NCBI GenBank assembly: GCA_028286905.1
Contig: JAQBQP010000002.1
Location: forward strand, 122,971 to 177,055
DNA from: Candidatus Doudnabacteria bacterium
GTDB taxonomy: Bacteria; Patescibacteriota; Doudnabacteria; UBA920; VMFF01
Reading direction: 5' to 3'
Length of the DNA: 54,085 nucleotides
Part shown: positions 1-9,647 of the stretch, one piece after another
Numbering within the stretch: the first letter of the stretch is position 1
Layout of the letters: each line of letters opens with the position of its first letter
Made by a program: the position numbers and the translations under genes
The notes under the pieces: model-generated
Seen by the model: only the letters and a program-made list of their open reading frames with translations
Told to the model about the DNA's origin: nothing
Databases searched by the model: none

Positions 1-1956
1 TGCCTAGGTATTGCTTGTTGGACTTTGGGGTTAATTCTTTTTGATCTTAGTCAAACTTTCTATTGGCCTGATAAACTTTCTTTGTTTGGGGGAATGCTAA
101 TGGTGGGCAGCTTTTATGTTTTTTCTCAAGTGTTTCCAACAGACAGCCGGTTTAAATTAAAGATTCGGGCACCTTTTAAAGCAAACACTTTGGTTCGGCT
201 CGTTCCTTTAACTCTATTATTATTCGTTTTGCCATTTAACTTGATAGTAAAAAGAGTAGATAGAGTAGGAGGGAGTTTTTCCCCGGTCAATGGACCGCTT
301 TTTCCACTCTATGCTTTAATATGTGGTTTTTATATGATCGCAGCCGGTTATAATTTTTTTCTACAATACAAAAACAACATTGGTTACAAAAGACAACGCA
401 TTTTATACATCGCCTTTGGCCTAATCGCTTTTATTTTAGTTGCGCTAGTTTGCGATGTAATTTTACCAGCTTTCTCAGTTACAATGTGGAAATTTGTCGG
501 ACCAATTTCATCCAGTCTTTTTCTTGTTGCCAGTGGGTTTTCTTTAATTTCGTACAATTTGATGGATATTCGTTTAGTTTTGAAATCGACCTTAGTGAAT
601 ATATTTAGTTTCGCAATTGTTACAGCGGCAGTAAGTGCAGGGCTAGAAGCTTTTAATGCACACATTATGTCTGACTCCGAAGCTTTTGGGGTTTTATTTC
701 TCGCTGCTATTATTGGCTTTCTCGCGATTCGTTTTTGTTTTAACCTGCTATTTAAAAAACTTTTTATGAAAGATTATTATTTATTTCAAGATAGTTTCAA
801 TGAATTAAATATGTTTCTTCACGAAGAAGTAAGTACAGATAAAATTATTTTAGTCGCAAACAAGTATTTGCAATTAGGCCTTGGTTTAAACTGGATTTAT
901 TATTTAAATTATCAAGACCATAAAATAGTTTCGTTATTGAATCATCATCCAATTAACGATAGCAGTCTTTCGATGGAGCAGGTTCTCAATGAACAATTTA
1001 TTAGTTATATCTCTAGCTCGCATGCAGTGAAATTTTTCTTTGGAGTTGAATTTGAAGCTTTTCCTAATATTGCAAATGCTCCGATTGCAATATTGCCACT
1101 ATGGAATAAAGAAATATTGCAAGGTTGTTTTGTGTTAGGCCCTCAAAAGAGTTTAAGCGGATTAAGTTTAGACCAAACTCAAAAAATTCAATATGTTTGG
1201 GCGCACATTCAAACTGCTTTTGACCGGGCGTTGTTGTATAACGAATTAGAACAAAAGGTTCGCGCTCAAGTCCAAGATATAGTTTATAAGAACAAAAAAT
1301 TAAAGGAACTAATTCGAAACAAACTGGACTTCATTCAAGTTACTTCGCATCAACTAAGAACGCCTATAACTTCACTAAGCGGGGCTTTGCAATTAGTAAT
1401 GGATAAAAAAACGGGAGCTGAAGAACGCGAAGAATTGGTTAATTTGGCATATATAAAATCTAAGGAGCTGGCAGAGTCAATCACCGGAATTTTAAAAATT
1501 GCACGTTTGGAAAGCGCTGAAGATTCTAACGATACAAGTGAACAGGTAAGTTTAAATTTAGTTTTTGATGCGCTAATACCGATCATTGAAGCAGCGGCTA
1601 GGGCAAAAAACATTACAATTGATTATAGCTCCGGGTTGGATTTAAAAGTACGCGGAAATAAATTATATTTAGAACAAGCTTTTTATAATATTTTAGAAAA
1701 CGCTATCCAGCACACTAGCCAAGGGGTAATTCAAATTTCTTTTGCAGAAGATCTGGATCGGATCACCATTTCTATAAAGGATAATGGCAGTGGTATACCG
1801 GATAGTGTCAGGGATAAAATTTTTCGCAAAAAAGTGCTAGAACAAAGTTCTGGCGGTAATGGGTTAGGGCTCTATATCGTTAAAACAATTATTGAAGCAC
1901 ATCCCGAAGGGCAGTTTGGTTTGAATCAACTGCAGCAGGGACCACATTCTTTGTAA
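1..1956 (+). CDS. Membrane sensor histidine kinase (multi-TM N-terminus, HisKA + HATPase_c); 5'-truncated by window edge, apparent frameshift near 3' end
   Basis: Frame is open from position 1; many hydrophobic segments; H-box SHQLRTPIT, N-box NILENA, G1 DNGSGI, G2 GNGLGL. The expected last strands (AVWFES..GTTFFVKL) lie in another frame, 1911-1982. Confidence 0.85.
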   Translation, partial: CLGIACWTLGLILFDLSQTFYWPDKLSLFGGMLMVGSFYVFSQVFPTDSRFKLKIRAPFKANTLVRLVPLTLLLFVLPFNLIVKRVDRVGGSFSPVNGPLFPLYALICGFYMIAAGYNFFLQYKNNIGYKRQRILYIAFGLIAFILVALVCDVILPAFSVTMWKFVGPISSSLFLVASGFSLISYNLMDIRLVLKSTLVNIFSFAIVTAAVSAGLEAFNAHIMSDSEAFGVLFLAAIIGFLAIRFCFNLLFKKLFMKDYYLFQDSFNELNMFLHEEVSTDKIILVANKYLQLGLGLNWIYYLNYQDHKIVSLLNHHPINDSSLSMEQVLNEQFISYISSSHAVKFFFGVEFEAFPNIANAPIAILPLWNKEILQGCFVLGPQKSLSGLSLDQTQKIQYVWAHIQTAFDRALLYNELEQKVRAQVQDIVYKNKKLKELIRNKLDFIQVTSHQLRTPITSLSGALQLVMDKKTGAEEREELVNLAYIKSKELAESITGILKIARLESAEDSNDTSEQVSLNLVFDALIPIIEAAARAKNITIDYSSGLDLKVRGNKLYLEQAFYNILENAIQHTSQGVIQISFAEDLDRITISIKDNGSGIPDSVRDKIFRKKVLEQSSGGNGLGLYIVKTIIEAHPEGQFGLNQLQQGPHSL

Positions 1957-1982
1957 AATTAGCACGATATAAAACCATTTAG

Positions 1983-1991
1983 TGTTATAAT
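1983..1991 (+). promoter_or_regulatory. Extended -10 element, probable leaderless promoter of the MFS gene
   Basis: TGTTATAAT ends 6 nt before ATG 1998. Confidence 0.55.
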
Positions 1992-1997
1992 ATCTGC

Positions 1998-3179
1998 ATG
2001 AGCAGAAGCGCAACGCATTTTTATAATCATTATATTACAAAACTTTTTAATACCGATCTGCATCTTTTTGAGTTCAGTGTTTGGCTGCAAGCCTTTGCTC
2101 AAGCGTTGATCTCTGTTTTTGTTCCTATTATTCTTTGGAAGCTCGGCTTGAGTTTAAAGCAAATAGTTATTTTCTATTTGCTTTTTGATTTTCTGGACGT
2201 CCCATTAAATTTAGTTGCAAAGAATCTGATCTCCAGATATGGCGCAAGGACAATTGTTATCCTTGCGATATTTGCTGAGCTTTTGTACTTTGTGTTTCTT
2301 TACAATCTGCACAATAGTTGGATAATGATCTTTTTCTTAGCGCTATTCTTGGCAATATACGACGCCTTTTACTGGGTCGGACATCTATATATTTTTTCTA
2401 CCGCATCGCATAAAACCAGTTTATTAAATAGCGACGTCAGTACTTTGAAAAATTTCAGAATATTGGGGGGATTGGTCGCGCCATTGGTGGGAGCCTACAT
2501 TTTAACTTTCAAAGATCCGAATACCTTAATTTTCTTTAGCTCGTTGGTTATGTTTGGCTCGTTGATTCCGTTATTTAAAATGCGCCATCTTAAATTTATT
2601 CCTGAGAAAGCTAGCGGAACATTTAAAGAATTTTTCCAATCGTCTTTTGAAAAGAAAAACTATTTCTTTATCAGTTTGGCGGCTTTGCGCCAGGAGCTGG
2701 AAGACGTAATCTGGCCATTCTTTTTATTCTTTGTGTTTAATAGTTTTAGCACCGTAGCTTTTGTGCCAGTGGTTGTTGACTTAATGGAACTAGTTTTAAT
2801 TACTAAGATTGGTAAGCTCAGCAGAAAAAGAAACTTTTCTAAGTTAATTAATTTTGGCGCAATAGGGGTTTTATTGTTGTGGGTATTAAGATTGTTCAAT
2901 TACCATAATGAAACCTTTGCGTTAATTAGCGTAGCAGTAGTTGCGTTGCTGGCAATCTTCATTGATATTCCTTTAGAAATAAATATTTTCCAACGGGCAC
3001 ACCAAATTGACGAACTTTCGGCAGTAACATACATGAATCTTTTTCGAATGTTAGCCAGAGGGATACTTTATTTAGTTTTATTTTTCTTTGTGATTTTCTG
3101 GGGCACTTATTTTATCGCCAGCTTTTATTTGATAATAGCGTTATTGTTAATTTTGGCGGTTTCTGCTAGAATTCTGTAG
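1998..3179 (+). CDS. MFS-type transporter
   Basis: 393 aa, about 12 hydrophobic helices, motif-A-like LISRYGAR between TM2 and TM3. Confidence 0.75.
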   Translation: MSRSATHFYNHYITKLFNTDLHLFEFSVWLQAFAQALISVFVPIILWKLGLSLKQIVIFYLLFDFLDVPLNLVAKNLISRYGARTIVILAIFAELLYFVFLYNLHNSWIMIFFLALFLAIYDAFYWVGHLYIFSTASHKTSLLNSDVSTLKNFRILGGLVAPLVGAYILTFKDPNTLIFFSSLVMFGSLIPLFKMRHLKFIPEKASGTFKEFFQSSFEKKNYFFISLAALRQELEDVIWPFFLFFVFNSFSTVAFVPVVVDLMELVLITKIGKLSRKRNFSKLINFGAIGVLLLWVLRLFNYHNETFALISVAVVALLAIFIDIPLEINIFQRAHQIDELSAVTYMNLFRMLARGILYLVLFFFVIFWGTYFIASFYLIIALLLILAVSARIL

Positions 3180-3191
3180 TCAAAACGACGG

Positions 3192-3269
3192 GACCACGTA
3201 GCTCAGTTGGATTAGAGCGGGAGCCTTCTAAGCTCCAGGTCGCAGGTTCGATCCCTGCCGTGGTCACCA
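3192..3269 (+). tRNA. tRNA-Arg(TCT)
   Basis: Acceptor stem GACCACG/CGTGGTC, anticodon arm GGAGC-CTTCTAA-GCTCC, T-loop GGTTCGATCC, encoded CCA. Confidence 0.95.
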
Positions 3270-3281
3270 TAATCCAAATAT

Positions 3282-3319
3282 AAAAAAAGCAGCCTTTGAA
3301 GGCTGCTTTTTATTTTTTT
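3282..3319. terminator. Bidirectional intrinsic terminator
   Basis: AAAAAAAGCAGCCTT-TG-AAGGCTGCTTTTT between convergent tRNA-Arg and the S11 peptidase gene. Confidence 0.85.
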
Positions 3320-3320
3320 A

Positions 3321-4232
3321 TTAGTTAGAAGCAAAAGCTAGATTGCGACTTTGCTCTGCTAGGCTGGCAAGTATTGTTGTATCGGAAAACGCGGAATATA
3401 AATGGTTTTCGCCTAATACCACAATTGCTAGTTGCGAACCGTTGTTATATTTAAGAACCGAAGCAAAATTGTATAAAGATTCATTTAGGTAGCCGGTTTT
3501 TGCACCAACAATTTTTACATCGTTGCTGGTTAAAAGACCATCAGTATTTTTTATCGTTTGAGTGTATTTTGAGCTATTTGTAGAGCGCAATGCATAAGTT
3601 TTTAACTGAGCGATATTTTTCAAATAAGTATTAGAAAAAGCCGCTGAAACAATTTTTGCATAATCGGACGCTGTTATTTTATTTGCTGGATCCATTCCGG
3701 TTGGTTCGGTAAAGTGGCTGTTTGTTGCGCCTAAGGATTTTACTTTGGCATTCATTTTTGCAACAAACTGACTGGAGCTAAGCCCTGTGCTTCTGGCCAA
3801 AGCATTTGCAGCGTTATTTGCCGAAGGCATTAATGCTGCATGGAATAAGCCATCTACTGTAAATTTAGTTCCGACTATCGTTTTTATACATTCACCGCCA
3901 ACGCTGCAACCGCCGGCAATTTGGTCAGCTTTGGTCATTGCGACCACTTTGGTTAACTTTGGCTTGGTGTCCAATACAACTAATGCAGTAACAAGTTTTG
4001 TTAAAGAAGCTGGAGTCCAAAGCATGTCCGCATTAGAATCTATTAAGGTTTTACCCGTTTCTAAATCTGTAACAATATACGCTTTAGCATTTATATTGGA
4101 CATGCTTGCTAGTTCATTGCCATTTTGGGGCATTTGCAAGGCCATTGCCGGTGCCGATGCGGGCAACAAAGGTAGAATTACTACAAATGTAATAAAGAGC
4201 GATATTATTTTTTTGGAAAATGTTTTAAACAT
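3321..4232 (-). CDS. D-Ala-D-Ala carboxy/endopeptidase (peptidase S11, low-MW PBP)
   Basis: Signal peptide; SxxK (ASLTK), SxN (SAN) and KTG motifs. Confidence 0.9.
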   Translation of the reverse strand: MFKTFSKKIISLFITFVVILPLLPASAPAMALQMPQNGNELASMSNINAKAYIVTDLETGKTLIDSNADMLWTPASLTKLVTALVVLDTKPKLTKVVAMTKADQIAGGCSVGGECIKTIVGTKFTVDGLFHAALMPSANNAANALARSTGLSSSQFVAKMNAKVKSLGATNSHFTEPTGMDPANKITASDYAKIVSAAFSNTYLKNIAQLKTYALRSTNSSKYTQTIKNTDGLLTSNDVKIVGAKTGYLNESLYNFASVLKYNNGSQLAIVVLGENHLYSAFSDTTILASLAEQSRNLAFASN

Positions 4233-4336
4233 ACCTTAATGATAACGCCAAATGCAAAATTAATAAAGTTCGCACGATATGGAGCTAAAGTCATTATTGT
4301 TATATAATGCCCTTACTATTAAATATAAGCTTTTAA

Positions 4337-5023
4337 ATGATTGAGCGCTTACAAAAGTTTTTTTCAAACGCCGGAATTGCTTCTAGAAGAGGTTCTGAAA
4401 TTTTGATTGAAAAAGGTTTAGTTAGAATAAATGGAAATATCGCCAAGTTAGGCGATAAAGTAGATCCTTCAAAGGATCAGGTTACTTATGATGGAAAATT
4501 AGTTCGACCAACAACCGAGCTTTATTACATTGCGGTAAACAAACCAAAGGGTTATATTTCTTCCCGCTATGATCCAAAAGAGCGTCGCAGCGTGTATAGA
4601 TTGTTGCCGAGAGAGTTGCAAAGCAAAGTTTGGAGCGTTGGCCGCTTGGATTTTTTTACCGAAGGGTTATTGCTTTTTACTAACGACGGCGAGTTGACTC
4701 AGCAGCTGGCACATCCCAAATATGAACATGAAAAAGAATACGAAGTAATTGTTAGCAAAGAAATCGAAGAAAAAGATTTGGACAAGTTGCGCAAAGGAAT
4801 AGTTATTGGCGAGAATGATTTAACGCAACCGGCAAAAATCAAAGTCCGTGGCGACAAGATTTATATGACTATTCATGAAGGCAAGAAACGTCAGATTCGC
4901 AGGATGTTTGATAAAATCGATTATAAAATCAAGAATCTAAAAAGAATTCGAATCAATAAATTAGAAATGGGTGATTTACCCTCCGGCAAACATAAGTTTG
5001 TTGAAAAATCTGAAATTATCTAA
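4337..5023 (+). CDS. rRNA pseudouridine synthase, RsuA/RluB family
   Basis: S4 domain (ERLQK..GIASRR), NKPKG, catalytic VGRLD..TEGLLL, EGKKRQIRRM. Confidence 0.9.
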   Translation: MIERLQKFFSNAGIASRRGSEILIEKGLVRINGNIAKLGDKVDPSKDQVTYDGKLVRPTTELYYIAVNKPKGYISSRYDPKERRSVYRLLPRELQSKVWSVGRLDFFTEGLLLFTNDGELTQQLAHPKYEHEKEYEVIVSKEIEEKDLDKLRKGIVIGENDLTQPAKIKVRGDKIYMTIHEGKKRQIRRMFDKIDYKIKNLKRIRINKLEMGDLPSGKHKFVEKSEII

Positions 5024-5029
5024 GATCTG

Positions 5030-5434
5030 CTAGTGCCAGATCGCAATGATATAGCTCATTATTAGTAAAACAAATAATTGTTGGAAACTGTTTAAAAGCC
5101 AAAGTCCCTTTGGCTTTTTTCCAAACATAATTTCATTAAAATTGAAGGTCATTATTATACCCACCCAAATTAGCAGCGCCGCGCTAATTGCTTTTAAAGG
5201 CGTATCGATATTGGCGTAGCTAAAGAGTACTGCGATAACCACACCCATAATCAATGTTGCAAGAAGATTTCCAATCATGCCGAATTTAGCATGCGGATGA
5301 TTTTGCATCTCTTCTGTGGTGGTACCCATCAAATGCATCCAATGTGTTCGGAATAATACCGGCGAATACCAAATCATTCCAAAGATCGAGGCCGCAATTA
5401 CCGCAACCAATACTGCAAGAAAATTTATTCCCAT
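5030..5434 (-). CDS. Small 4-TM membrane protein, DUF1761-like
   Basis: INFLAVLVA..GMIWYSP.LF..W pattern, four hydrophobic helices. Confidence 0.75.
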   Translation of the reverse strand: MGINFLAVLVAVIAASIFGMIWYSPVLFRTHWMHLMGTTTEEMQNHPHAKFGMIGNLLATLIMGVVIAVLFSYANIDTPLKAISAALLIWVGIIMTFNFNEIMFGKKPKGLWLLNSFQQLFVLLIMSYIIAIWH

Positions 5435-5455
5435 ATATTTATATTAATTGTTACC

Positions 5456-6418
5456 TTACTTATTCTTATTATGGTACTGTTTGTGAATTTCACGCAACTG
5501 TTGATTTGTGACATGGGTGTAAATCTGAGTGGTCGTAATTGAGGCATGTCCGAGCATGCTTTGGACGCTTCGAATATCTGCGCCATTTTGCAAAAGGTCA
5601 GTAGCAAAGCTATGGCGCAAAGTATGCGGACTGATTTTTTTCATGATCCCTGCAAACAACGCGTATTTTTTTATTATTCTTTGTACGGTGCGCGGCGTTA
5701 GTCCCGCGGCATCTTTACCAAACGAAGCCATATCTTTGGTGACGCTTTGACCAACTTGCTTATGGGCAATAAACAAAAATTTAGAATTATCTTTGCGCGC
5801 CTTCAAATATTTTTCCACTGCCTCGGTGGAGTCCGGTGATAAAAAGACCAAACGAAGTTTATCGCCTTTGCCTCGAACCGTGAACTCGCCGCGTTTTAAA
5901 TTTATCTGGTCTTTTTTTAAAGAACATAATTCCGAAACACGCAGGCCAGTAGCAAAAAGAGTTTTCAGAATTGCGGCGTCGCGCAATTGCAAAATCGGTT
6001 CTTTTTCCATTTTGATCGCATCAAACAATCGTGCCAGTTCGTCATTATCTAAAAATTCAACCATTCTACTTGGAGTTTTTGCCAAATCAATTTTTTCCGC
6101 TGACAAAGTGCTAATATCTCGCTTCTGTAAATACTTCAAGAACGAGCGCAGGGCAATAATATGGTAGTTCTGGGTTATCTGCTTTAAACCCCGCCCTTCG
6201 CGATCCACCATTCTATTAATAGAGAGGCGATATTGACGGACCAGTTCAAAATCAATCTTTTCTGGGGTTTCAACACCTTTGCTTTCTGCAAAGTCTGCAA
6301 ATCGATTTAAATAGTGATCGTAGTTACGTAAAGTAAGCTTGCTACGATTCTTTTCGATTTCGCAGTGTTCTAAGAACTCAATTATGTATTTGTGTAGGTT
6401 TGTTTTTGTTTCTGGCAT
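5456..6418 (-). CDS. XerC/XerD-family tyrosine recombinase
   Basis: RDAAIL..L.ATGLRVSEL, GKGDK.R, HTLRHSFAT.LL, LGHASITTTQIYTH catalytic residues. Confidence 0.92.
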   Translation of the reverse strand: MPETKTNLHKYIIEFLEHCEIEKNRSKLTLRNYDHYLNRFADFAESKGVETPEKIDFELVRQYRLSINRMVDREGRGLKQITQNYHIIALRSFLKYLQKRDISTLSAEKIDLAKTPSRMVEFLDNDELARLFDAIKMEKEPILQLRDAAILKTLFATGLRVSELCSLKKDQINLKRGEFTVRGKGDKLRLVFLSPDSTEAVEKYLKARKDNSKFLFIAHKQVGQSVTKDMASFGKDAAGLTPRTVQRIIKKYALFAGIMKKISPHTLRHSFATDLLQNGADIRSVQSMLGHASITTTQIYTHVTNQQLREIHKQYHNKNK

Positions 6419-6465
6419 CAGGTTCTTTTAAAGGCGGATTCTATGTCTCCTCGTCGTACAATATT

Positions 6466-6483
6466 ATTATAGCATGGTATAAT
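6466..6483. promoter_or_regulatory. Back-to-back divergent extended -10 elements (xer / GH1 operon)
   Basis: ATTATAGCA|TGGTATAAT reads TGCTATAAT on - and TGGTATAAT on +. Confidence 0.55.
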
Positions 6484-6506
6484 AAGGGTGTTATTAGACA
6501 AACTAC

Positions 6507-7742
6507 ATGCAGCTTAAATTTCCGCAAGGTTTCTTGTGGGGAAGCGCAACCGCCGCCCATCAAATCGAAGGTAATAATACAAATTCTGATTGGTGGCAAT
6601 GGGAAAACTCCCCGCAGAGATTAAGCGAGCTACAGAAACAAAATAAAAATCTACCAAAAAATTTGGAAGACTATAAGTCCGGCATTGCCTGCGATTCGTA
6701 TAATAGATACGAAGAAGATTTTGATGTTGCTAAAAGTTTAAATCAGAACGCACATCGCTTATCTATAGAATGGGCCAGGATCGAGCCATTTCAAGGGGAA
6801 TTCGACCAGGAGCAAATTGAGCACTATCGTAAAGTTCTAAAAGCTTTGCGCGCCAGAGGAATAAAAACTTTTGTAACTTTGCATCACTTTACTAATCCAG
6901 TTTGGTTTATGGAAATTGGCGGCTGGACCAAGCATCAGAACTTAGCGCTTTTTCTGCGCTATGCTCAAAAAGTTTTAACTGAATTAAAAGACGATATTGA
7001 TTTTGTTTGCGTTATAAACGAGCCAAATGTTTACGCAGTTCTTTCATATTGGTTTGGAATGTGGCCGCCGCAAAAGAAAAATTACTTTCTTTCTCGAAAA
7101 ATCCAACAGAATATGCTTGAGGCGCATATCAAAGTTTATCAGCTTTGCAAAATTCTCAAATTTCCTTTCGAAGTAGGCAGCGCTTATCACATTCGTTTAA
7201 TTCAAATAGAAGGCTTGTTTGGCTGGCTAGAGCCTTGGATCCAATCAATCCTAACAAAGTACATTTATAAAACTGCAAAGTATTCAGATTTTATCGGAAT
7301 CAATTATTACACTAGAACTTTATTAGTTCAGAGGTTGTTTCCATTTTTCTTTGGGGTAACAAAAGAGAAGATTAACGTCACAGATTTTAATTGGGAAATT
7401 TACCCCAAAGGTTTATACTTAATATTGAAAGACCTAAAACAATATAAGAAACCAATTTACATCACAGAAAATGGCATTGCGGATGCGGCTGATCATAAAA
7501 GAGCGGAATATATCAAAACCCATCTGACCGCAGTTCATCAAGCGATTGACGAAGGGGTGGATGTTCGGGGCTACCTGCACTGGTCATTATTAGATAATTT
7601 CGAGTGGGCTGCTGGCTACACTATGAAATTCGGATTAGTAGAAATAGACCGCCAAAATAATTTAAAGCGCATCGTTCGAGAGAGTGCTAATTATTACGCG
7701 GAGATTTGCAAAAATAACTATTTAGAAACAGAAACAAAATAA
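6507..7742 (+). CDS. Glycoside hydrolase family 1 (beta-glucosidase-like)
   Basis: FPQGFLWGSATAAHQIEG, RLSIEWARI, acid/base INEP, nucleophile ITENG, WSLLDNFEW. Confidence 0.95.
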   Translation: MQLKFPQGFLWGSATAAHQIEGNNTNSDWWQWENSPQRLSELQKQNKNLPKNLEDYKSGIACDSYNRYEEDFDVAKSLNQNAHRLSIEWARIEPFQGEFDQEQIEHYRKVLKALRARGIKTFVTLHHFTNPVWFMEIGGWTKHQNLALFLRYAQKVLTELKDDIDFVCVINEPNVYAVLSYWFGMWPPQKKNYFLSRKIQQNMLEAHIKVYQLCKILKFPFEVGSAYHIRLIQIEGLFGWLEPWIQSILTKYIYKTAKYSDFIGINYYTRTLLVQRLFPFFFGVTKEKINVTDFNWEIYPKGLYLILKDLKQYKKPIYITENGIADAADHKRAEYIKTHLTAVHQAIDEGVDVRGYLHWSLLDNFEWAAGYTMKFGLVEIDRQNNLKRIVRESANYYAEICKNNYLETETK

Positions 7743-8620
7743 TGGATTATATTTTATTAGCAACATTGGCTTGGGTCATATTTGGAGTAGTTTCAATTCA
7801 AGAAAAGTTCTTGCTGCAGAAGCCGCTGAAAGACCCCAACGTCCTAGCTTTTTATACCGGCATATTTTCAATTTTTGTTATTTTAATTTTCTTGCCGTTC
7901 GCCAGGTTCAGTTCTTGGACCCATTTAATATTTGATCTTACCGCCGGAATTATTTTTTTCATTGCCCAGTATTGCTTGTACCATGCCTTAAAAGAGGGGG
8001 AGGTCTCCGAAGTAGTGCCAATAACCGGCGCACTGATTCCGATCTTCTCTATAATAATCGTGCATTTCGGTCTAGGGACATATTTTTATAGCAACGAATG
8101 GATTGCTTTAGCTTTGCTAATCGCGGGCACAATCTTAATTTCTTACAAGAAAATCAAAAGATCCAAGAATTTAATAATATACGCAATTTTGGCATCCTTG
8201 ATGTTCGCAGTTTATTATTCAATGGCGAAGCTCGCTTATACTCCTTTTAAAACAAACTTCTCTTTTGTCCGAATTGGAAGTTTTCTCGCAGCTTTAATTA
8301 TTTTCTTAATTCCAGAAGTTAGAGCTTCTATAAAATCCAATGCTGCGCATATTAAAAACAAGAGTTCCGGCTTATTTATTACCAAAGAGGTTTTAGCAGG
8401 AGTGGCATTCGTCGTTTTAAATTACGCAATTAGCATCGGTAATCCAGCGATCGCCAATAGCCTAGAAGGTTTTGAGTACGTTTTTATTTTCCTAGTTATA
8501 TTTTTTGGCGGACGACATTTGTCTAAAACTCTTTCAGAGCACTACGATCGAGAAGCATTGATCCGTAAGTTTATTGCAATTATTTTGATTTTTGCCGGTT
8601 TAATTTTTCTAAACACTTAA
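7742..8620 (+). CDS. EamA/DMT-superfamily transporter
   Basis: About 10 TM in two repeats; ALKEGEVSEVVP motif; TAATG coupling to GH1. Confidence 0.75.
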   Translation: MDYILLATLAWVIFGVVSIQEKFLLQKPLKDPNVLAFYTGIFSIFVILIFLPFARFSSWTHLIFDLTAGIIFFIAQYCLYHALKEGEVSEVVPITGALIPIFSIIIVHFGLGTYFYSNEWIALALLIAGTILISYKKIKRSKNLIIYAILASLMFAVYYSMAKLAYTPFKTNFSFVRIGSFLAALIIFLIPEVRASIKSNAAHIKNKSSGLFITKEVLAGVAFVVLNYAISIGNPAIANSLEGFEYVFIFLVIFFGGRHLSKTLSEHYDREALIRKFIAIILIFAGLIFLNT

Positions 8621-8623
8621 TTT

Positions 8624-9646
8624 ATGCGACATAAAATTTTAGTTTTTATTGAAAAGTTTTTGTATATTATTTTTTCGATAGTTTTTGTAGTAGTTGGTGT
8701 GGCAATAATGCTTTCTGTAAATCAAGTAGATCAAAGTCCGCGCGTTTACGGCGCAACTTTTAGATACCCGTACGCACAGGATTTGCTTGGCTTGGATTGG
8801 AAAAAAGTTTACGTTTCGATGATTGAAGACATCCAAATAAAAAATATTAGAATCCCTGTTTATTGGGATGAAATTGAAAAAGTCCAAGGAACTTACGATT
8901 TTAGTAATGTTGATTATCAAGTACAAACCGCCGAGCAGTATAATGCTAAGGTAATTTTAGTGGTTGGCCGCCGAGTACCAGGCTGGCCAGAATGCCATAT
9001 TCCTGGTTGGGCTCAAAGTTTAGATAATAAGGATCCGCTCCAAGCGCATGTAATGGATGAAATTAAAGCAGTGGTTGAACGTTACAAAGACAGCCCGGCT
9101 TTAATTGATTGGCAGGTTGAGAATGAACCATTCTTAACCAGATTTGGCCAATGCGGTACTTATCCAGTCGCACAATATTTAGATCAGGAAATCGCGTTGG
9201 TTAAACAGCTTGATTCGAATCATCCGGTAATTGTCACTGACAGTGGCGAGTTGGCGCTGTGGCTGCCAGCAGCAAGTCGAGCAGATATTTTTGGCAATAC
9301 GCTATATAAAAAAGTTTACGCTGATCGTTTTAAGGGATATATCGATTATCACTTGCCGCCAATCTTTTTTAGAGCCAAACGCGGGATGGTGCATTTCTTT
9401 TATCCTAATAAAAAGATTATAAATATTGAATTGCAAGCAGAACCTTGGACCACCAAAGGAATTACTAATACTTCCTTTGAAGAGCAAGCAATTACTTTTC
9501 CGACCCATGCCTTGCGAGATAACGTTCAGTTTGCGCATGATGCTGGTTACTCGACCGTATATGTTTGGGGCGTAGAATATTGGTATTGGGCGGCCCAACA
9601 TGGTCACCCGGAATTTTTAGATGAAGCTAAACAGTATTTACATTAA
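8624..9646 (+). CDS. Membrane-anchored clan GH-A glycoside hydrolase
   Basis: N-terminal TM; RIPVYWDEIE..G.YDFS.VD, WQVENEP acid/base motif, ELQAEPW candidate nucleophile. Confidence 0.75.
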   Translation: MRHKILVFIEKFLYIIFSIVFVVVGVAIMLSVNQVDQSPRVYGATFRYPYAQDLLGLDWKKVYVSMIEDIQIKNIRIPVYWDEIEKVQGTYDFSNVDYQVQTAEQYNAKVILVVGRRVPGWPECHIPGWAQSLDNKDPLQAHVMDEIKAVVERYKDSPALIDWQVENEPFLTRFGQCGTYPVAQYLDQEIALVKQLDSNHPVIVTDSGELALWLPAASRADIFGNTLYKKVYADRFKGYIDYHLPPIFFRAKRGMVHFFYPNKKIINIELQAEPWTTKGITNTSFEEQAITFPTHALRDNVQFAHDAGYSTVYVWGVEYWYWAAQHGHPEFLDEAKQYLH

Positions 9647-9647
9647 C

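Noticed and set aside
3192-3320. tRNA-Arg (and tRNA-Leu at 25921) as integration sites
   Set aside because: No duplicated tRNA 3' end found by eye, and flanking genes are ordinary.
5456-6418. Tyrosine recombinase as a prophage or island integrase
   Set aside because: XerC/D-like length and motifs, host-like composition, housekeeping neighbours, and no att duplication or phage genes seen.
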